NCBI GenBank assembly: GCA_049513715.1
Contig: JBEKVV010000005.1
Span: 1-64,000 of the forward strand
Length of the DNA: 64,000 bases
From: Candidatus Bathyarchaeia archaeon
GTDB lineage: Archaea; Thermoproteota; Bathyarchaeia; 40CM-2-53-6
Direction: 5' to 3'
A program made the position numbers and the translations under genes. Of the stretch, positions 48,870 through 57,731 are shown one piece after another; positions within the stretch are counted from its first letter, which is position 1; every line of letters begins with the position of its first letter. A model generated the notes under the pieces. The model saw only the letters and a program-made list of their open reading frames with translations, was not told the origin of the DNA and ran no database searches.

Positions 48870-49031
48870 AGCATATGCGCTACATTTCCTTCGCTTCATC
48901 AGGCCCCATAACAACAAGATGGACCGCATCAACGGCGGCTACTCGAAAGTGAAAATGTTATGCGCTCACTCAAGAAAGAGGACACCCCAATTATCTCAAG
49001 GCTTCAGATTTATCATAACTTAACAGCCCCG
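48870..49031 (+). pseudogene. IS6-like DDE transposase C-terminal remnant
   Basis: HNNKMDRING and VMRSLKKEDTPII..LQIYHN in shifted frames. Confidence 0.7.
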
Positions 49032-49089
49032 TGCCAAGTAACGCTTAAATGGAACTCTCAGGGATTGGGCTGGCTGGTCGTTATCAAAA

Positions 49090-49413
49090 GTGCAGTTCTG
49101 CCCAAAATGCGGCCTGGCGCTTCTGCCCACCAAGAAGCAGAAGAATGTTGTGTTGAGTTGCCCGAAATGTGGCTATGAAACCAAGAAGTCAGATCGCACA
49201 GTGCAGAAACTTGAGGAGCATAGGGAGAACGTAGTCGTCATCGGCAAGGAAGAGGAAAAGATACGCACGCTGCCCAAAACCAAGGTAGATTGCCCCAAGT
49301 GCGGGCACAAGGAAGCGTTCTACTGGCTCGTCCAGACCAGAGGCGCAGACGAGTCGTCAACACAATTCTTCCGATGCACAAGTTGCGGCACGACTTGGCG
49401 CGAAAACTCTTAG
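49090..49413 (+). CDS. tfs: transcription factor S
   Basis: two Zn ribbons, QTRGADE. Confidence 0.94.
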   Translation: MQFCPKCGLALLPTKKQKNVVLSCPKCGYETKKSDRTVQKLEEHRENVVVIGKEEEKIRTLPKTKVDCPKCGHKEAFYWLVQTRGADESSTQFFRCTSCGTTWRENS

Positions 49414-49497
49414 AATCCGCCGTTTCTTTTGACACCGTTGAATTAAAGTACGTAGAAACATCTCTTTAGGCAGAGCCCAACATTTGGTGGTTAATGT

Positions 49498-50250
49498 TTG
49501 TTTAAGGCAACAATTAGTGATGCTAGACTTTGGAGGAACATGTTAGCTGCGATCTCCACACTCATCGAGGAGGCAGACTTCAATGCGGCGCCCGAAGGAA
49601 TCAAACTCAGGTCAATGGACCCCTCTCACGTCGCGATGGTTGACTTTGAATGGAACAAGTCTGCTTTCGAGGAATATACATGCCTCCAGCCCACCAAGAT
49701 TCGTTTGAACGTTTCGGATATAGTGAAGAAATTGCGGGGCGCCGGCCAAGAGCCGCTGGAAATGTCGTACGACGAGAACACCAAGAAGCTCAGCATGGTG
49801 ATTAAAGGTAAATGGAAAACCACGTTCACACTCCCAACGCTAGACCCTGGCGACGAAGAAGTCCCCACCCCGAAAATCGCCTTCAACACGAAAATCAAGA
49901 TGATTAGCTCAAGCTTCAAGGACATCATCGACCAAATTCAAACCGTCAGTGATAACGTAAGACTTGAGACAACCCCAGAGAAGTTCACCGCTGAGGCTGT
50001 TACTGAGTTGAGCGGGGCGAAAATTGAGCTTGAGAAAGGCAGCGACGTCCTCTTAGAGCTTGAGGTGAAAGAGCCCTGCAAAGCAACGTTCAACCTGAAC
50101 TACCTAGCTCAGATATCCAAAGCTGGCGCCATGGCCGCAGAACTTGTCACTCTGGAATTCTCAAGCAACATGCCAGTCAAGCTTGAGTACGAAATGCCAC
50201 AGCAGGGTAAGCTACAATACTATCTCGCGCCAAGAATTGAGGCGGAGTAG
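49498..50250 (+). CDS. pcn: PCNA sliding clamp
   Basis: MDPSHVAMVD, YYLAPR. Confidence 0.96.
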   Translation: MFKATISDARLWRNMLAAISTLIEEADFNAAPEGIKLRSMDPSHVAMVDFEWNKSAFEEYTCLQPTKIRLNVSDIVKKLRGAGQEPLEMSYDENTKKLSMVIKGKWKTTFTLPTLDPGDEEVPTPKIAFNTKIKMISSSFKDIIDQIQTVSDNVRLETTPEKFTAEAVTELSGAKIELEKGSDVLLELEVKEPCKATFNLNYLAQISKAGAMAAELVTLEFSSNMPVKLEYEMPQQGKLQYYLAPRIEAE

Positions 50251-50307
50251 AAGAATAAACGCCAACCCGTCTAGCTGCCTCACCCTGACAGTTCAGGGGC
50301 GTACAGC

Positions 50308-51399
50308 ATGCAAGCGCTACTCACAAAACTTGACCTCGCAAGATTCCCCTTCACAGCCGAGGCTTCAGAATACGTAAAGTCTCGAAACATCGACCCGACC
50401 GAGCTAATTCGGCCCGAGCTGCTCCCCATATTGGAGCGCGCGATGGACCGCATCAGGCAAGGAGTGTTTAGCGGAAGAATCTCAGCTGACCTAACCCAGG
50501 AAGACGTGGACATACTCGCCTACCCCACAGCCCTGATGCTCATCACAGCCGTTGGCGACGACCGAACCCGAAGGCGCTACGCGCTTGCGGAGGCAAAACG
50601 AGCGTATGAACTTCTGAGGAACGAATTACCCGAGAAGCTGCTTCAAATCGCCGCAGGCTCATTCGGATGGGACGCCAAAATCACAGAGCGCGATGTGGGC
50701 GACACGCATTTCGAGTTAGCGCTCAACTTCAGACACTATGTCCACAACTCCGCTAGAATCCACGACTTGAAATGGAAGCTAGTAAACCGAGTCCTCTCGG
50801 ACGGCTACGTCCTTCTTCCACGGGAAGACTTCGCGAGGCTGCTTGAGGAGGAAGTCCAAGTCAGAGTACTGGAGAGAACGTCGGGTATGGGCGTTACGCT
50901 CCCTGATGAGCTAGGACGGCGCGTTGATCCTCTGCGTTCCGTCCTGCAAGCGAGATCACGCTCACTTGCCGCAGACGAGATGCCGCATGCGGTTATGGCG
51001 TCTGCGATGCCACCATGCATGAAGAACCTACTCAGCTTGCTCCAAACGAGCAAGCACATCTCACATATGGGCCGGTTCGCCATGGCGGCTTTCTTGTTGA
51101 ATATTGGAACGAACGAGGAGGAGTTGCTCAAGATGTTCAAGACCTTCACCGATTTCGACGAGCGAATCGCTCGTTACCAAGTTGAACACATTGCAGGCAG
51201 GCGTGGATCAAGAAGAAAATACACTGCACCCAACTGTGCCACAATGCGAACCCACGGGTTATGCATCAACCCTGATGAATTATGTGGCACCATTAAACAT
51301 CCTTTGTCATACTACCGAAGGAAGGCACGGACGCTATTCAGAGAACGGCGAACGAATACGAGGCGGCGTCCGCAAACTAATACTGGGGTCAACGAGTGA
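50308..51399 (+). CDS. priL: DNA primase large subunit
   Basis: LARFPF, PPCM, DFDE..ARYQVEHIAG, HPLSYY. Confidence 0.94.
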   Translation: MQALLTKLDLARFPFTAEASEYVKSRNIDPTELIRPELLPILERAMDRIRQGVFSGRISADLTQEDVDILAYPTALMLITAVGDDRTRRRYALAEAKRAYELLRNELPEKLLQIAAGSFGWDAKITERDVGDTHFELALNFRHYVHNSARIHDLKWKLVNRVLSDGYVLLPREDFARLLEEEVQVRVLERTSGMGVTLPDELGRRVDPLRSVLQARSRSLAADEMPHAVMASAMPPCMKNLLSLLQTSKHISHMGRFAMAAFLLNIGTNEEELLKMFKTFTDFDERIARYQVEHIAGRRGSRRKYTAPNCATMRTHGLCINPDELCGTIKHPLSYYRRKARTLFRERRTNTRRRPQTNTGVNE

Positions 51400-53777
51400 A
51401 CAGGTTCACAACCATTCTAAGTTTGGCACTTCTGGTGCTCACCATCCCATCGGTAACGCACGCAATCGTCGCAGTCCACGCCTTCAGTCCTAATGAATCT
51501 TCTTCATCCTCACGTGCAATCACGGTCATGATCGTTTCTCTGCATGACCTGGGGTCTGAACAAACCCAGCTGCTGAGTGCCTTCGGAACGATAACCACTG
51601 TTGCAGGTCCAGTTGCAGTCCTACACACCACAACGACCTCCATCCCGACCCTGTCCCGCCTTCCTTTTGTTTCGCGAATTGAACGTTCACATCCCCTCAG
51701 CGTCTACCTTGACCAGAGTGTGCCCGACATCGGAGCAAACATGGTCTGGGACGAAGTCAAAGACCCATATGGTCAAAATGTGACTGGTGCGGGTGTTGTT
51801 CTGGGTTTCGTGGATACGGGACTTGACACGACGCACCCCGATTTCAGTTTTCCAAACGGAACATCCAAAATACTCTACGTTTGGGACCAGACACTCTCGG
51901 GCCGACCCCCAGCAGGATTTGACTACGGTTACGAATGCACCACTGCTGACATCCAAGCGAAAAACTGCCCGGAGGAGGACACGTTTGGGCATGGAACGCA
52001 TGTGGCGGGTATTGCAGCCAGCTCAGGAATGGCGACTGGCAACTATACTGGGGTGGCGCCTGGTGCGTCGATTATTTTCGTCAAAAGCGGCGGGCCGCTG
52101 TGCAGCGGAGAAAGCTGGTATTTCGACACGGACCAAATACTTGATGGCGTAAATTACATAGCCACTAAGGCTCGACAACTCGGTATGCGGGCTGTAATTA
52201 ACCTAAGCCTCGGAGGGAACATAGGAGCACACGACGGCTCAGACCCAATGGAATTAGCCCTCGACGCAATTGTGAAGGCAGGTACTCCCGTCGTTGTCGC
52301 GGCTGGAAATTCTGCACTTGACAACAGCCACGCTGACGGCCGGTTATCCCAGGGACAAAGCGTCACAATGAGCATCGGGGTTATGCCAGGGACCACTGAT
52401 CTTGTGGTTGATGCATGGTACTCCCCCCAAGACCAAATCGATGCGACAATTACAACTCCCAACGGCGAAAAGTTCAACGTTCCAACCCTTTCCGGAGGTG
52501 CGACCAGCAAAGTGGGAAACGTAACTGCCCTAGCTGGCCTATCTTGGGCATCTTCACCGGTTGGAAAGGAGTTGTACTTCGAGGTGAACTCAACCGCCCA
52601 GCTTCCCTCTAGCGGTTGGAGCGTTACGCTTACAGCAAAACAGGTCAACTCCGGTAGTTACTGGGACGCATGGGTTGATACAAACTCATGCTCCTCTCCT
52701 GGGGCCTCGTTTCTCCCCGGTAATGGTTACCAGATTGATAGCCACGACACGATAGGAATCCCTGGCACAGCGAAGAGCGTAGTTACAGTCGGCGCCTACG
52801 TCACAAAGGCATCATGGCTCGGAGAAAATCGAAACACCTTGGGCAACTCTGGGGCAACCACGGGAGGCATAGCTCCATTCAGTTCTTGGGGGCCAACAAG
52901 GGACGGCCGAGTCAAACCTGACGTTGTGGCACCGGGAATGTATATTGCCTCTGCAAGATCAAGCGCAATCTCAATTGGCAATAGCGATCCAGACATATAC
53001 CATAGGATTTCGGCTGGAACAAGCATGGCCGCCCCCCACGTCGCGGGCACAATCGCACTGATGCTCCAATATGCGCCCAATTTATCCGCAACCGAAATTC
53101 CTAACATACTCAGAGAAACGGCTCGACTCGACGCTAGCACTGGACCACTTGGGTCAGGTTCTCCAACATGGGGGTACGGGAAAGTGGACAGCAGAACTGC
53201 TACCGGCCTCTTTCGATTGACGCTCGCAACAGAAGGCCTCCCTAGGTCAGTTACAGACATGGTCAAAATAGATAATGAACGGGTGCTCGAGGTTCCTGGG
53301 GGTTCGTGGACGGACATGTATTGGCCCAAAGGGTCGACGCACACCGTCGTGTTGGGAACATTGGCGAATAGCACAGCGGACAGTCGATATCAACTATTGG
53401 GCGGAACCTTCACTGTCTCATCGAATACTTTGGAACCTGTCAAATTCACAGCTCAATATTTGCTGAGGGTTAACTCGCCTTTTGGAGACACGGGTTCTGG
53501 GTGGTATGACGCCGGCCAAGTTGCGACATTCAGCGCTCCCTCACGAGCAGCTGCATCAGGAGCTCTCGGCTACCTTGGTGCGGAGTATGTCCTATCTCAT
53601 TGGGTTTCTGATGAAGGCAACGCCATTTCCAATTCATCCGTGAAAATGGACCGCCCCACCACAGTCACAGCGGTGTACCAACTGACCGTCGTCCCCGTGA
53701 CACTCGCTACCATAATAGGTCTAATTGCAGCCGCAATCCTCGCCCTAACAGTGGTTATACGACGTCGAAGAAATTAG
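51396..53777 (+). CDS. secreted, membrane-anchored S8 subtilisin-like serine protease
   Basis: signal peptide; DTG, HGTHVAG and GTSMAAPHV triad; C-terminal TM. Confidence 0.93.
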   Translation: MNRFTTILSLALLVLTIPSVTHAIVAVHAFSPNESSSSSRAITVMIVSLHDLGSEQTQLLSAFGTITTVAGPVAVLHTTTTSIPTLSRLPFVSRIERSHPLSVYLDQSVPDIGANMVWDEVKDPYGQNVTGAGVVLGFVDTGLDTTHPDFSFPNGTSKILYVWDQTLSGRPPAGFDYGYECTTADIQAKNCPEEDTFGHGTHVAGIAASSGMATGNYTGVAPGASIIFVKSGGPLCSGESWYFDTDQILDGVNYIATKARQLGMRAVINLSLGGNIGAHDGSDPMELALDAIVKAGTPVVVAAGNSALDNSHADGRLSQGQSVTMSIGVMPGTTDLVVDAWYSPQDQIDATITTPNGEKFNVPTLSGGATSKVGNVTALAGLSWASSPVGKELYFEVNSTAQLPSSGWSVTLTAKQVNSGSYWDAWVDTNSCSSPGASFLPGNGYQIDSHDTIGIPGTAKSVVTVGAYVTKASWLGENRNTLGNSGATTGGIAPFSSWGPTRDGRVKPDVVAPGMYIASARSSAISIGNSDPDIYHRISAGTSMAAPHVAGTIALMLQYAPNLSATEIPNILRETARLDASTGPLGSGSPTWGYGKVDSRTATGLFRLTLATEGLPRSVTDMVKIDNERVLEVPGGSWTDMYWPKGSTHTVVLGTLANSTADSRYQLLGGTFTVSSNTLEPVKFTAQYLLRVNSPFGDTGSGWYDAGQVATFSAPSRAAASGALGYLGAEYVLSHWVSDEGNAISNSSVKMDRPTTVTAVYQLTVVPVTLATIIGLIAAAILALTVVIRRRRN

Positions 53778-53803
53778 GAATGGGGAGCGTGTTGACGGTG
53801 GGC

Positions 53804-54118
53804 CTACGCTTTCTTGAGAAGTACATCTGAACCTTGAATTTGAACATTGAATTTTGCTTCGTCTTTTGTTGGAGGCGGGCTTACGGCCTTTCCGGTTGTA
53901 ACGTCAAATTGTCCCCCGTGATAGGGGCATATGACGTTGTTCCGTTCCAGTTCCCCCTCATTTAGGGGGCCGCCCCTATGGGTGCATGCGTTCGCGATTG
54001 CATGAAGCGTTCCATTTATGTTCACTACCAACACTTCCTCGCGTCCAACCTGAACCTTCTTCAATATTCCACTTGGAAAATCGTTAAGCTGCCCGACTTT
54101 CACGTAACCTTCGTTCAT
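53804..54118 (-). CDS. Rieske [2Fe-2S] ferredoxin
   Basis: CTH...CPYH. Confidence 0.9.
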   Translation of the reverse strand: MNEGYVKVGQLNDFPSGILKKVQVGREEVLVVNINGTLHAIANACTHRGGPLNEGELERNNVICPYHGGQFDVTTGKAVSPPPTKDEAKFNVQIQGSDVLLKKA

Positions 54119-54284
54119 GACCGCCGCCCTACAGGTGTAGTGGCATCTTGAGGATTTAGCGCTTGTCCAAAAGTTCAAAGCCATGTCCACCTGACTCGCT
54201 TCATGAACCTATATTCACCAAATCAATGGGACGAGGAAGGGAACACTGCTCCCACAGAACGAGTCGACGCAACGCTTCGACTTC

Positions 54285-55517
54285 TTGAAATCCAAATTCT
54301 TAGACTATTACAAGAACAACATTGCTGCGGTCAAACCGCCCATGGCCATGACGGAGCGGGAGTTCGGATTCCTACTCTTCAGAGAAAGAATCATGGTGCG
54401 CCACAAGGCTTTCCAAGATTTTAGGGACTTCGCCGACTCACTCCTATCGCTCATCCCCTCCGATGTCTACTATTCAACTGCATATTACAGACACCCCGAT
54501 CGTGAGATGGATCAGAAAGGCTGGCTTGGCTCAGACGTTGTTTTCGACGTAGACGCTGACCACATAGACACTCCCTGCAAAGAGGCGCATGACATGTGGC
54601 TGTGCCCCAAATGCAAAGAAACACGTAGGGGCAAGAAACCAGTCAAGTGTCCCAAATGCGGAAACGAGAAACTAGATGAGAAGGCTTGGCTGTGTGACAG
54701 ATGCCTGATCGCTGCGAGGGAAGAGGTTTTGAAGCTAGTCGAGTTCCTCTCCGAGGACTTCGGAATAAAATCCCATGACATGCACCTATTCTTCTCCGGC
54801 CACCGAGGATACCACTTGCACTTGATCTCCGAGAACCTGAAGACATTAGACGAGATCCAAAGGAAGGAGTTGGTGGATTATGTGATCGGACTAGGATTGG
54901 ACCCAGCTGAACAGGGGCTGTACCAAGACTTGGTGGACAACAGGCACCCTATTGTTGTTGGTCCCGAATTGACGGACCCGGGTTGGCGAGGCAGGTTAGC
55001 AAGAGGGGTGTACCAAATTCTCACAGAGTCTGACCCAAAGCAATTGATGGAGCTGGGATTTACGCGAGGAGCGGTCAACCAGATTGTGGGTGAGCGCGAA
55101 AGAATCAAGACTGAGTGGTCTAAGAAGATGCTTTGGAGTTCTTTTCAGGACAAATGGAGGATAAACGAGAAGATATGGCGGAACATAGTTGAGAAGGCCC
55201 TCACCCTCGTGGCCTTGCCAGCAAAAATAGACACAGTCGTTACGACAGACATCCACAGATTGATTCGAATGCCTGAGACACTCAATGGCAAAACAGGGTT
55301 CAGGGCGGCGTTTGTGGACCTAAAGCGATTAGAGGATTTTGACCCATTCACCGAACCTGTAGCTTTCGAGGGAACCCAAAAGGTCTTTGTTAAAGAATCA
55401 CCTGAAATACGAATTCGTGGTCAATCATTTGGCCCGTTCGTTGACGAGAAGGTTGAGCTGCCCCTAGGAGGGGCAGTGTTACTAATCGCCAAGGGCGTTG
55501 CTCTACCGGTGAACTGA
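54285..55517 (+). CDS. priS: DNA primase small subunit
   Basis: REFGF, FDVDAD, FSGHRGYH, IDTVVT.DIHRLIRMP; Cys-rich insertion. Confidence 0.95.
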   Translation: MKSKFLDYYKNNIAAVKPPMAMTEREFGFLLFRERIMVRHKAFQDFRDFADSLLSLIPSDVYYSTAYYRHPDREMDQKGWLGSDVVFDVDADHIDTPCKEAHDMWLCPKCKETRRGKKPVKCPKCGNEKLDEKAWLCDRCLIAAREEVLKLVEFLSEDFGIKSHDMHLFFSGHRGYHLHLISENLKTLDEIQRKELVDYVIGLGLDPAEQGLYQDLVDNRHPIVVGPELTDPGWRGRLARGVYQILTESDPKQLMELGFTRGAVNQIVGERERIKTEWSKKMLWSSFQDKWRINEKIWRNIVEKALTLVALPAKIDTVVTTDIHRLIRMPETLNGKTGFRAAFVDLKRLEDFDPFTEPVAFEGTQKVFVKESPEIRIRGQSFGPFVDEKVELPLGGAVLLIAKGVALPVN

Positions 55518-55519
55518 TC

Positions 55520-56074
55520 ATGTATAACGAGCTATACAAAGCCTGGAAATCGGAGAAGACGGCTGAACCACCACAACCCTTGCCCCCCGATTTCTACAAG
55601 CGCGCAAACGGGTACCTGAAGGGGTTGGAGGCGGACTCCACTTCAACCGATGTGCATACTCTGCAGGGTCGCTTATTGCATAAAGAAATGGAAGTGGCAC
55701 GACGACTGCTAAGCGACCTCAAGGAACAACGCCTTCAAAAAATAATTAGCTTGGCAAAGAGTGGAACAGTAATCAACCCACAGTCACTTACTGAAGAAGA
55801 ACAGGCCTTGGCGAATTCCGTTGGTGAATCCATATCTGACTTCAATAAGGAAGAAGGAGACCAACAAATCAGAAAATCAGAGGCGACGCCCGAAATTGAG
55901 ACGGAGCTCACTGTGGTGAGATTTCAGGAGGATATTCCAGAAATCGTCGGAGTCGATATGAAGATGTACGGACCATACAAGAAGGAAGATGTTGGTTCGC
56001 TTCCCAAAGAGAACGCGACAGGCCTGATCAAGCAAGGTGCAGCGAAACTTGTTGAGGTAACAGGGGTCGTATAA
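55520..56074 (+). CDS. GINS complex subunit (Gins15-type)
   Basis: QPLPPDFY; IPEIVGVDMKMYGP...LP.ENA B domain; follows priS. Confidence 0.85.
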   Translation: MYNELYKAWKSEKTAEPPQPLPPDFYKRANGYLKGLEADSTSTDVHTLQGRLLHKEMEVARRLLSDLKEQRLQKIISLAKSGTVINPQSLTEEEQALANSVGESISDFNKEEGDQQIRKSEATPEIETELTVVRFQEDIPEIVGVDMKMYGPYKKEDVGSLPKENATGLIKQGAAKLVEVTGVV

Positions 56075-56154
56075 CCCCGACCACCATAACTAAACTGGCC
56101 CGCCAACAATAAATAGACCACGAACGGCTAGGTAGCGAACTCAAGCTGATCAGT

Positions 56155-56430
56155 ATGAAAGCCCCGAAACAAATGCGCACGTATTGCCCCAAGTGCAAAT
56201 CGCATACTGATCACCAAGTGTCCATATACAAGAAAGGTAAGGACCGAGCAATGGCGGTCGGGAATAGACGCCACGAGCGCGACGAGCACGGTTATGGGGG
56301 CCAAAAATTCCCGAAACTTAAGCGAACAGCGAAGACAACCAAAAAGCTGGTTCTCAGACTCACCTGTAAGACATGCGACGCCGACGTGTTCAGGCTCGGC
56401 ATAAGACTGCGTAAACTGGACCTTGTGTAG
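56155..56430 (+). CDS. rpl44e: 50S ribosomal protein L44e
   Basis: TYCPKC..HT, GYGGQ, KTTKK. Confidence 0.96.
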   Translation: MKAPKQMRTYCPKCKSHTDHQVSIYKKGKDRAMAVGNRRHERDEHGYGGQKFPKLKRTAKTTKKLVLRLTCKTCDADVFRLGIRLRKLDLV

Positions 56431-56569
56431 ACGTTCGGCGCGTTCCAGAAATCAATCAAATTCTTCACGACCAGGGTAAGCTAGCCGCACCCTTGGGCGC
56501 TGCCATAATACTTATGTGGGCATTTCGTATTGGACTTCGTTCCTCACTAGAATCACGAGTGCAACAAAC

Positions 56570-56764
56570 ATGGTAAAGGGAGAATTAATTCCAAAACCCG
56601 AGAGCGTCTTCATTAGAGTGAAGTGTTCGAAGTGTGGAAACGAGCAAGTGATCTTCGACAGACCCTCTCTTGCTCCCCACTGCTCTGTTTGCGATGAAGT
56701 CTTAGCTGACCCCACAGGTGGCAAGGCCAAACTCAGATCGGAAGTAGTTCAAATCCTCGGTTAG
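56570..56764 (+). CDS. rps27e: 30S ribosomal protein S27e
   Basis: VKCSKCGNEQVIF...PTGGKA. Confidence 0.95.
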   Translation: MVKGELIPKPESVFIRVKCSKCGNEQVIFDRPSLAPHCSVCDEVLADPTGGKAKLRSEVVQILG

Positions 56765-56776
56765 GGCTCACCAAAT

Positions 56777-57559
56777 ATGTCAGTAACGCCTCAGTACCCC
56801 GAAGTTGGCGACCTCGTCGTTGCGTCTGTCACGCGGGTTGTTGATTATGGCGCATACGTCAAGCTTGATGAGTACGAGGGCGTGGAGGGCCTAATTCACA
56901 TCTCCGAAATCGCAAGCACCTACGTCAAGAACATCAGGGTTCACGTAAGGGAAGGCCAAAAGCTCGTTCTGAAGGTTCTGCGCGTCAGCCCTCAGCGTGC
57001 CCAGGTTGACCTCTCGCTTAGGCGGGTAACTGGCCGCGAGAAATCTGAAAAGATGCTAGATTGGAAGAAGGTCAAGAAAGCAGACTCCATAATCAAAGGC
57101 GCCGCTGAACGCATGAAGGTTGGGGAGGATGAAGTCTCCAAGATCAGTAACGTTGTTTATGAGAAATTCGACAACCCCTACGACGCCTTCGAGGAGTCGA
57201 TAGATGAAGGAGAGGAGACGTTCACTAAACTCGGAATCAGCGAAGAGTGGGCGAAAGCACTCACAGAAGTCGCCAGAGGTAAGATTAGGCTTGAAAAAGC
57301 GAAGGTCAACGGGACCGTGGAGCTTACATGCACTAAGACCGCTGGAATCGAAGCTATTCGGCAGGCGCTTCGAGGCGCCAAGAAAGCGAAGAAGACACGG
57401 GGCACAACAATCAAAATCTACACTATTGGTTCGCCACGTTACAGACTTGAGGTTAGAAGCAAAGTAATAACTGACGCACAATCAACACTGAACCTCGCCA
57501 TTGAAGAAGTTTTGTCAGCGATAAAGGGGCTTGGCGGCGAGGGACGTAGGCTGGGTTGA
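56777..57559 (+). CDS. eif2a: translation initiation factor 2 alpha subunit
   Basis: YPEVGDLV, GLIHISE, DLSLRRV, GSPRY. Confidence 0.95.
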   Translation: MSVTPQYPEVGDLVVASVTRVVDYGAYVKLDEYEGVEGLIHISEIASTYVKNIRVHVREGQKLVLKVLRVSPQRAQVDLSLRRVTGREKSEKMLDWKKVKKADSIIKGAAERMKVGEDEVSKISNVVYEKFDNPYDAFEESIDEGEETFTKLGISEEWAKALTEVARGKIRLEKAKVNGTVELTCTKTAGIEAIRQALRGAKKAKKTRGTTIKIYTIGSPRYRLEVRSKVITDAQSTLNLAIEEVLSAIKGLGGEGRRLG

Positions 57560-57708
57560 AGTGGCTTCTCCGAAAATGTCCCGCTTGTAGTCAGTACACA
57601 CTGAAACCGAAATGCCCCAAATGTGGAGCCGACACTATTATTCCACATCCATCCAAATACTCGCCCCACGACAAATACGCCAGTCTAAGGCAACGGGAAA
57701 AAGGATAA
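57556..57708 (+). CDS. nop10: H/ACA RNP protein Nop10 (50 aa, not in the ORF track)
   Basis: MKWLLRKCPACSQYTLKPKCPKCG....PHPSKYSPHDKY. Confidence 0.92.
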   Translation: MKWLLRKCPACSQYTLKPKCPKCGADTIIPHPSKYSPHDKYASLRQREKG

Positions 57709-57731
57709 CGATTAATCAATTTCTAGGCTGA

